From Octopus vulgaris (lineage: Eukaryota): 64,000 nucleotides of DNA. Positions 54,758 to 64,000 of the stretch are shown one piece after another. The notes below the pieces were generated by a model, which did not search any database, was not told the DNA's origin, and was given only the letters and a program-made list of their open reading frames with translations. The position numbers were made by a program, and so were the translations under genes. The stretch covers positions 98,704,001 through 98,768,000 of the forward strand of contig OX597822.1 in NCBI GenBank assembly GCA_951406725.2. Direction: 5' to 3'. How positions within the stretch are numbered: the first letter of the stretch is position 1; each line of letters begins with the position of its first letter.

Positions 54758-54811
<54 letters not shown>

Positions 54812-55296
54812 CATATATACATAGTCACATATACATACATATATATAGATACACATATCTATATGCATATACACATCTGGATTTTAAAGTTACATTTCTA
54901 AACGCATGTTATTCGAATATATAAATATTGTTCGTAGCCACTTCAACATGGCTGTCCAACGGATTGGATATTACTGTGATTTTTAACTACAAGAGGAGAT
55001 GTCCATGGATGCGTTGCGTTCAATTAAATAATAAATAATATTTAATGTATATTATATATATATATATATACATACACACACACACACATATATATATACA
55101 CACACACACATACACACATATATATACACATACATACATACAGACATATATATATATATACATTCATTGAACTGTAGTTAGGCCCCATTCAATTGCAATT
55201 TGCTTCAAAATTATTTGGAATGCTTTAGAAGTGGGAGGTATCAACCGTCATAATTCACAAACTCCGTTCAATATTCATTGAAAGTGAATGGCGTAA

Positions 55297-55376
<80 letters not shown>

Positions 55377-57027
55377 GTCTATCTATCTTCTTTATATGGA
55401 AAGAAGGGGTGTATTCTCATGCAAGAAAAAGCATAGGAGAATTTGCTTTTGAAAATGCACCTGAATTTGAAGAATATTTAGTTGTTTTTAAATAGGTTTA
55501 TTCACATATATACCAAACTAGTTTTTATCAATGATTGATAGCAATGGGATTTTAACAGGGTTTAAAATTACGAAGTAGAAATCGAACAAAAATGTTTAAA
55601 CGATCAAATGTTCATATAAAGTTCAATGACTGGGATAGATGATACTAAAGTAAATTTTCGGCAAAGAATATAATAAATATACATTTCTAAAAGTTCAGTC
55701 ATATTGAGTTTTTATAGACAAGAGAGAGAAAAAAGTGAAGGAGGGGAAAAGGTTTTTTTTTTTTAGAATTTCTCTCGCTTGGGGTGTAGTTTATTTTTCC
55801 GTCGCGTACTTGTCTTCTCACTTTTAACGGAGTCTTGGGGGAATCAAAATATCTTGAGTATGTATATATACCTTTTACGCAAAAGGATCTAATTTTTGAT
55901 TCGATATAATTTTGATGACGTCTTATTCTCTCTGGTGGATGTTTTTGGTAAAAAAATATATTTTGTTTTGGCATTAAAGTTTTGGTTAAGGATCAGGTTT
56001 TGATTGGTAGTGGATTTCGTGACATCACTTTATTTTGACAAAGAACCTACTTTTTCTTTGGTCAAGTTTGGCGGTGTTCTGCTTGGGTGACTTTCCAGTA
56101 GGAACACGGTCATTAGTTTATGCCTAATGTCCATCAACCGTTCCACTTGGTTGATTCGCTTAATGAGTCATTTTGACATTTCCTGAGGGTCCGGTTGTGA
56201 TCGGAGGTTAAATTTCATTGGTCTAGTGAGAAGTGACTTCAGCAACTGGTCCAATTTCGTCGACTCCCCACCACAACCACAACATCCATAATGGGACCCG
56301 GCATCTATTCATGACATTTATGTTTAGAATTGAAATAATGAATTAACGTGTTGTCATCATTGTTTTGCTGACGTCGTTATTGTTGCTGTTGTTGTAGTTC
56401 TCAGTGAACAAGTAGCTATCTGAACAAAAATATTCCAGGCTTGGGCACCTCATTCTTTATTATATGTTGAAAACTATTCGAGGTGCTTCTTTTATTTTAA
56501 GGCGGGCAGATGCGGCGTGCTGCCAAAAAAGAATATCAAAATAATAACAATTCCCGCTGTAAAATATATTTTATCTAAGAATACTACACAACACCAGCAA
56601 CGTGATTTAAACACAACTCAATAGTTCTAAACATATCCACTTGGCTATCCAGCCTTTATGATACCAGCTACAAACGATAGATAGACATTAGATTCAAAAT
56701 GATATTTTAATTCAATTTTGTTTTGGATTCTAACATCACTTAAATTCCATTTATACATCTCATTTAATAACATTCAATGTATATTCACAAAAATATATAA
56801 TATGTTTCCATCGCTCATTATTATTCCTCCGATCTTTTGCTATATCCGTTTTTAACTTCTTCCTTGTGGGTTTATCAGTGAAGTATTATATTTAATGTAA
56901 TATAGCCTTCTTGATATCTCTCTGGTGATAAGAGCCAAATAACGTTTTATGCAGCTCATTTTCCTGTATCATTTTATATACATTAATATATATTCTAAAC
57001 ACAAACACACACGCACTCACACACACT

Positions 57028-57084
<57 letters not shown>

Positions 57085-57589
57085 ACACATTCACACGTCA
57101 ACCACAATGCTATCCAAAATTCTAAGCAGTATATCTGAGTATGAAACAAACGTAAATACCTGAATGTATTCAGTAAAGAATATTTTATCTCTTAGCCTGA
57201 GAGGAATATAGATTCATTCAACATTGAAAACAATAGTCTCATTCAGAAAAGTTAGCAATCGATTTCGATTGAGAATACACGGGAAGTGATGTTTGTGATG
57301 AGTGAAAGAAACGGTAGAGTTGCAGACGAAAGTTCTTGCAGTGTTTTTTCACCTTTTTACATTACGAGACCATTTGTCGCCGACGGTGTCTTTGCATTTC
57401 ATTTTTCTTCAATTGCTACGGGTATAGTATATCTCCAGGTCACTCGAGAACAAAACATCATATGACCAAAGATGATTATATAGACGACTATTCTGATTTT
57501 CCTTGTCTTTTAACTACGTTTTTTTTTTAAAGAATGGCAAGCTACGATTTAAAGAAGATTAGCTTATTCTTATTCTATATATATCATGA

Positions 57590-57775
57590 TATAAGGGTAC
57601 ATCAGGCACATGCAACACGACCATATGTGCGCGACATGGTGATCTTATATCAAGATAAACAGCGCATGACCTGGCAGAAGGTGCCCAGTTAGTATCTTAT
57701 TCATGTCGAGTAGCCCATTCCGCTCAAAAAGTGCTTGAATAAGGGTTGTTTAAGGATGTTGAATGAAACATATAC
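57590..57775 (-). mobile_element. Family E fragment
   Basis: ATAAGGGTACATCAGGCACATGC...GAATAAGGGTTGTTTAAGGATGTTGAA matches ~49333-49510. Confidence 0.75.
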
Positions 57776-57883
57776 GTTTATTATTCTGAAAGACCCTCGG
57801 ATAGTACTTAATTACCGCTTCTTCTTTACTTGAAAGCAGGCAATAAGAAATTACCAAAGGTTTCAAGTAGTACCTTCTGTGAC

Positions 57884-59680
57884 TCAAAGAAGCAATACTC
57901 TCCTTAGAATGTGAGCTGTACCCAACAATACTTCGAGCCTGACAGCAGTTCCAATATTCTTAATATGTTTTTCAAAGCTCTTGGAAACTGTTCCTAATGT
58001 TCCAGTTACCCCCGGTATCACCATTACTTTCCTCATGCCCCATAACTTTTCTATCTCGTCCCGCAATGGCTGGCTGGTATTTCACACTCTTTTCTGTTTC
58101 CTTACATTTCACCCTCGAATCGCCTGGTATGGTAAAATATATTATCTTTGCTTTTTTTTAATATTTATGGATGATCACGATATCTGGCCGTGTCGCCTCT
58201 GTGACTTGGGCGCACTGTATGTTAAAATTCTAGAGTATTTTGTAATGTTCGTTTTCCATTATTCCCTCTGGTTTGTGTTCATTATTTTGTTTGGCTCTCT
58301 CGAAGTTTGCTTCACCAGAGCCAATGGACATATCTGGCCACATTGTCGTGTCTCCTTTTGTATTCGCATTGTCCGAGCTTACATCACTCACTAACAATAT
58401 GGTTTATACTTTCTCCCTTCTCAGGGGACATCCTATGCTGTAGCGAATCAGTGCTTTTATCATTGTGATATTTGGAGTAGCTCTGAGAGCTTGTTCTTGA
58501 GCGCTGCACACTAATGCCTCAGTGGGTCCTTTTAAGTCTCCTTTCTGCAGCGATTGCCACGATCTTTTCCAATCAATCTCATCTTTATTCTTCAAGAACT
58601 GAATGTGCATTGTTTGTCCTGCCAAATTTTCTTCATCTATTCTCTCTGGTCTTTCTTAAATCATGTTAGATCTACGGCTTCTGTCATTTCTTCTTTACTC
58701 ACTTTGACATACCAAGACAGGCTATTCTCCTCTTTTCTTACACAACGTTTACAACACACCATTCCCCGTCCTCCTTCTTTCCTATTCACATGCAATCTTG
58801 ACACATCACTCTTGGAGTGTAGATCCTCGTTCATTGTCATGAATTTACGTGTTCTCCGGTCTATCTCTTTTAATTCATGCTTCTTCCAAGATACTATTCC
58901 TGTCCCATATCTCATCAAAGCAACCGTCCACGTGTTAATTGCTGTAATCTTACAGCGGCCATTTAGCTTCAATTGGAGCACAAGCCGAGTTCTCCTCAAA
59001 TACTCCTTCTTGTACATTTCTCTCATCTTTTGTTCATTCATCTTATCACTTTCAATGATACCCAAGTACTTATATCCTTCCTCTCCGACTTTCTTTATAG
59101 TCTTGCCCCTTTCCAGCTTGATCCCATGGCTTTTACTGATTTTCCTCCTTTTGAGAATCATTACACTACATTTCCCGGTCCCAAATTCCATGTAAATACC
59201 TATTTCTTTACTACCCACAAGGGGCTAAACATAGAGGGGACAAACGAGGACATACACAAGGATTAGGTCGATTAGATCGACCCCAGAGCGTAACTGGTAC
59301 TTAATTTATCGACCCCGAAAGGATGAAAGGCAAAGTCGACCACGGCGGAATTTGAACTCAGAACGTAACGGCAGACGAAATACCACTAAGCATTTCGCCC
59401 GGCGCGCTAACGTTTCTGCCTTTTAATGTAAATACATTTGCTAATCATCTGAAGAGTTGCCGTCAAACTCTCAATTTCTTTCTCAGTCTTAGCAAATAGC
59501 TTTAGGTCATCCATAAACCACAGGTTGTTTGCTTTCACCCTGCCTAGCATGTACACCATATGCATCTTTCTTAAAACGCTGGTTAGTGGAAGTATGCAAA
59601 CAACAAATAGGAGAGGCGGCAGCCTGACCCCTTGAAAGATACTTCTTTTGACATTTACCTCTCCCAGCTTACCTCCCCAA
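57884..59680 (-). mobile_element. Divergent decayed REL-type (R4-like) LINE interrupted by SINE A
   Basis: PLLFVVCILPL, LWFMDDLKLF, YKYLGI, EYLRRTR, RLHVNRKEGGRG, TEALVCSAQEQAL, RPDI, GTAHILRRVL. Confidence 0.88.
59200..59422 (-). mobile_element. SINE family A with 10-bp TSD
   Basis: ATGTAAATAC at 59190-59199 and 59426-59435. Confidence 0.88.
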
Positions 59681-60018
59681 CTTCATGTGCATGTGCATAT
59701 TTAGACGTGTGTATGAACCCTTTTGTGCGCGCGCGCGTGTGTGTATGTGCAAGAGTGTATGCGGGTATGTATATATTTTTTGGCGAATGTGTGGATGAGT
59801 ATATAAATATAGGCAGATGTACGCGGGTGTGCGGGCGCGCATGTGTATGTATGGACATGCGCGCTTATGCGATTACTATGAACATTTTTACTCCCTTACC
59901 TTTACTCCTTCCCCTTACTTAGTGGTCATTCTAACAGCTCTTTTGTCTTAATAACGGTCAATCGCACAGTAATTTCCCTTTGCTTAACGGTCATTTTCAT
60001 AGCTTTTATCGATGGCCC

Positions 60019-60079
60019 GATAACTGAAGAGATGCCGACGTGGGTTTCCGCCCCGACATCCGAAACTCAGAGTTTTATC
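60019..60079 (+). ncRNA. Type-I hammerhead ribozyme with canonical core
   Basis: GATAA-CTGAAGA-[GATGCCGACGTGG GTTT CCGCCCCGACATC C]-GAA-ACTC(A)GAGT-T-TTATC; predicted cut after 60074; ~25 nt upstream of a (TA)n tract. Confidence 0.7.
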
Positions 60080-60101
60080 AAGGCTACCGAATAATTGTTA
60101 C

Positions 60102-60166
<65 letters not shown>

Positions 60167-60761
60167 CAGTTATGTTCAAACAGGTGATACAGGTAAATGT
60201 AGCATTGACGACAAAACATTTGTGGACTAAGTGATGGGCTAATTCAACTAAGCGACATGTAATACGTCCGTTTGGAGGATTCCTCGCCCTAACCTAACAT
60301 GGAAAATTGGGAATGGTGGGTATGTAATTTTTTTTATCCTCTGAAAAGCTGTCAGTGGATATACCCGGCTTTGAGGCGGTCAGTGCTGCGTCTAACACGA
60401 CCCATCGTATGTTTGACAGTCAAATGAATGGAGGAGTAATAGAGATATTGTACGTAAATGGGTAGAAGCACATATATGATACATGCTAATTTAACGATAA
60501 ATTTCACAATAATTATAACAGAGAGACAAAGAATTATACATATATAGGATACATTTCTTAATGTAAGGGTAACTATGTAATTGTAAGCATCTTGTAACCT
60601 TGCAACTGCTGTGATAATTATTAACTTGTAAATGTATATTTTTATATATACCTTGGACCTTGCCACCTCATTGTTTTTTTTTCAAGATTTTCACCTCTAG
60701 AACTCACATACATATATTCAGGTATGTCAGTCGTCACATATGTATATCTATGTGTAGATAT

Positions 60762-61577
60762 GTGTGTTTAATAACATACGTAACATGGAAACACATACAC
60801 AACTCATACACTCAGATATACACTCACATACAAAGTGTGACGTCATCGTCGTTGTAGTATAAAATGTTCCAGACATACACTCACAAGCATATTCAAAGAT
60901 AGCCACACAGAGACATACATTCACGCATATCAATCATTACATATGTATATGTACGTGTAGATGTATGTATGTTTAATAACGTACTTAACGTGGAAAGGCA
61001 CACATGTTATGAGACATGTACAAACTCATATACTTACACATATACACTCACAAACAGATACACAGTCATATACAAATTGTGGTGTCGCTGTCATCGTGGT
61101 ATAAAATGTCCTGTTGACAATAGAAAGATTACCTCTAGGGAATGTTATATTGTTTTAATCGAAATGAAAATAAAATTTCGTATTGACACTGGCCAGCACT
61201 CACATACATATAGTAAGATAGACACACACGCAGTTATATATTCACGCATGTTAGTCGTCGTATATGTATATGCATGTGTAGATGTGTGTGTTCGTGCATG
61301 TAATAACGTACTGTTATATATGTATACCTATGTGTAGATGTGTGTATGCTTAATAACGTACCTAACGCGGAAAAACACAGACACTTAGACATATGCACAC
61401 TCATACACATATACACTCACATATACACAGTCATATGCAAAATGTGACGATGTTATCCTTTTGGTATAAATTGTCCTGTTGACAATAGAAAGATTATCCC
61501 TATGAAATATATTGTTTTAATCAAAATCAAAATAATTGAAATATAAATAAAATTTCGTATTAACACTGACCAGCCGT

Positions 61578-61650
<73 letters not shown>

Positions 61651-61792
61651 TGTTTAATAACGTACCTAACGCGGAAAGACACACACACACTCATACACTT
61701 ACGCACATACACTCACAGACAGACACGCAGTCATATATAAAATGTGATGTCTTTGTTGTCGTGGTATGAAGTGTCCTGTTGACAATAGAAAG
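60762..61792. repeat. Degenerate tandem repeat, about four units of ~200-380 bp
   Basis: Recurrent T(G)TTTAATAACGTACCTAACG(T/C)GGAAA...CA(G)TCATAT.CAAA.TGTG...GGTATAAA.TGTCCTGTTGACAATAGAAAG starting near 60764, 60969, 61346 and 61650. Confidence 0.8.
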
Positions 61793-61871
61793 GTTGCAGT
61801 GTAGATGTTTGCAAACAATTCAAGAAAACACAAAAACCCTAAGTTTCACTTCAACATTTAAATTTTATTTG

Positions 61872-61918
61872 TGTCAAAATATTTTTGTCGCTTTGAAACC
61901 GCGATCTGTTCACTGACA
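61872..61918 (-). ncRNA. Degenerate hammerhead motif (G3-C8 variant; G12 mutated)
   Basis: Reverse complement TGTCA-GTGAACA-GATCGC(GGTTTCAAA)GCGAC-AAA-AATATT-T-TGACA. Confidence 0.45.
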
Positions 61919-62624
61919 ATAAATCGTGCTGCATTTGAGACAGTAACGGTTAGTTCATGATATATATATATGTGTTTATGTATGTATGTGTTTATGTATG
62001 TATGTATGTATGTATGTATGTATGTATGTATGTATGTATGTATGAATTTCTGCTACTTGATGATGTTTCTTCTGCACTCTACCAGTGAAGAGACAAAGTA
62101 AAAAACAAAACATTCTTTCAGATTTTATATCTATTCTTCTCTATGGCATTTTTACGTCGCTCTGTCATCTAGACAAAATCAGTAGCTCAACAGCGCACCA
62201 CAAAAATGGATATTGTTTAACGATACCCCAAAACAAAAGATATACAATGAATCACATACTCATGGGAATAAATATGAATGAATAAATACGATGTTCAGTT
62301 TTATCCGAAATCAATTTCGCATCCATCGTGTCGTGGTTGTGTCTAAACAGAAACACGTGATATTGTTTTCCAGTCACAAATCGCTCTCTCCGTATCTCTT
62401 TCCCTCCTTTCCCCTCTCTCATTTCCTCCTCTCTCTCTCTCTCTCTTTCTCTGTCTGTCTTTCTCTCTCTCTCTCTCTCTCATGATCTTTCTAATGAAGG
62501 CTTTTATCTTTCAGTACATTTCTCTCCTCCCTATACACCATTTCAGTTTGTTTAAATTCATACCTTTCATTAATCTGCTATTCAGCGTTCATACCATTGG
62601 TTTCTTGTTTGGAGACGCTTTTGC

Positions 62625-63770
62625 TACGAGGGTGGGCTCAAAAATTTTATTGACTGAATGGGTGGAATTATGTCAGAGCTGTGAAATCTTACATGAGGAA
62701 TCATGCTACAGCTGTGAAATTAATTACAACTCATCTTATTCATAACTACATTGTTTCTTTCCGGCTAAACCGACATCTGAATGTTCAAAGAAGACTTCAA
62801 AAGTAACTATTCTTTTGAATAGGGTCAAAATTTGACGTTGTGGTGTTATCAAGTACCTGTAGGAAAAGGGCTTAGCCCCCAAGGACATTCGTACTCACAT
62901 TTTTGTTACATTAGAAGATGAAACTCTAGCTTTATCAACAGTGCAAATATGGGCAGTTGAATTTAAGAAGGGAAGGGTCTTGAAGATGACCCAATGACTG
63001 GACGTTTTCCAACTGACTCCACCGTGAAAAATGTTGATCGTGTTCATCGTGTGGTGATGGATGATAGGCGATGGGCAATAAGTCGGTTAGCCAATGCGAT
63101 CAACATATCCCCTACGAGAGTTAATATTGTACACAATGGACATGGCATGATGATCACATCACGAGAAATCTTAAATTGCTTGATGCAGATCAAGCTGGTT
63201 TCGTTGAACGTTTCCTAAGGCAGGATGAGTGTTAGGTTCATCACTTTGAGCCAGAGACAAAAAAAAAAACAAACACTTCATGCAGCAGATACACCCCTCC
63301 CTATTCACCTGCTCCGAAAAAGGACATGGTCGTTTCATTTACTGTGACGTTGATGGCCTAGTTTTTTGGGATACAAAAGGCATTGTGCTTATTGACTTTC
63401 TTCAAAAGGGCCACACCATCAATGAAGAGTACTGTACCAACTTGCTGAGGCAGTTATGAAAGGCTATCCATCAAAGCCAAAATCTCGGGAAAACTGACGA
63501 AAGGAGTCTTGTTTCATTAAGACGATGCTCCAGCACACAAGCCCTTGGTTTCAATGGCTGTTGTACATGAGTGTAGCTTTGAACTGGTTGACCAATGTCC
63601 CTTTTTTCTTAATTTGGCCACATCTAACTATTATCTGCTCCCCAACATGGAAACACTTGACTGGGAACCAGTATCGCAACGTTGATCACGTCATATCTGC
63701 TGCTGATGAGCAACAGGATGGAAGAAGTGTGTGGACCGCAAGGGAGAGTCCAATGAAGGCCAACACTTCG
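62625..63770 (+). mobile_element. Decayed mariner transposon
   Basis: TIR-like TACGAGGGTGGGCTCAAAAA; GVIKYL...STVQIWAVEFKKGR, DDRR, DEC*VHHFEPETK, FWDTKGIVLIDFL...TIN, FH*DDAPAH; many lesions. Confidence 0.85.
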
Positions 63771-64000
63771 AAACTTCGAAGTCATTTTCACCAGTTTTCT
63801 TACAGCAGTATAGTTAATATGTGCTTTACAATACATATTGAGTAATCCTTCAGATGAAAGTAAAATTGTTTTTATTATAAGGGGTAAAGACCCCCTTCGG
63901 TCATGAATGACCATGGGATTGCACCTAGAAAGTTAACCTCCTAGACACAAGTCCGGGCAAGGTTGTTTATGGAAGGCCAGCAGTCGCCCATGCATACCAG

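Larger units (their letters stand above)
53595..54761 (-). mobile_element. Penelope-like element: GIY-YIG endonuclease with 3' pLTR and 5'-inverted pLTR
   Basis: Minus frames KCGRSNCATC (linker) / NIIYVIKCSGCHQDYVGST...RRCTLH...FSEH...KETFFIEKYKPRLN (GIY-YIG), one frameshift; 53595-53919 is the inverted copy of 54416-54761. Confidence 0.92.
52625..55387. repeat. Outer inverted repeat: (GATA)n + 140-bp arm ... 140-bp arm + (TCTA)n
   Basis: 52715-52856 (GATTTACGCCATTCAC...GTTCAATGAATGTAT) is the near reverse complement of 55158-55299; microsatellites extend both arms outward. Confidence 0.9.

Overview
AT-rich, extremely repeat-dense eukaryotic genomic DNA. The tRNA-derived SINE families and microsatellite load suggest a cephalopod (Octopus-like); this is an inference. 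Most computed ORFs are microsatellite artefacts. Recognisable content: (1) several 5'-truncated R4/Dong-like non-LTR retrotransposons (CCHC + restriction-like endonuclease) inside (TAA)n tracts, one with an intact ~400-codon 3' ORF; (2) decayed Tx1/L1, CR1, mariner and hAT elements; (3) a Penelope-like element (GIY-YIG) with a 5'-inverted pseudo-LTR; (4) a tandem non-autonomous Helitron dimer; (5) many SINEs, including a 5-copy array separated by repeated target-site duplications. Highlights found by eye: minimal type-I hammerhead ribozyme motifs with covarying 3-8 core pairs (C-G, U-A, G-C) and palindromic stem III; repeated microsatellite-anchored foldback palindromes; a non-coding ~550 bp element found in head-to-tail trains with the R4/Dong copies; and a tentative phase-consistent 4-exon host gene (1484-18519). 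Everything was read manually and no database searches were run.
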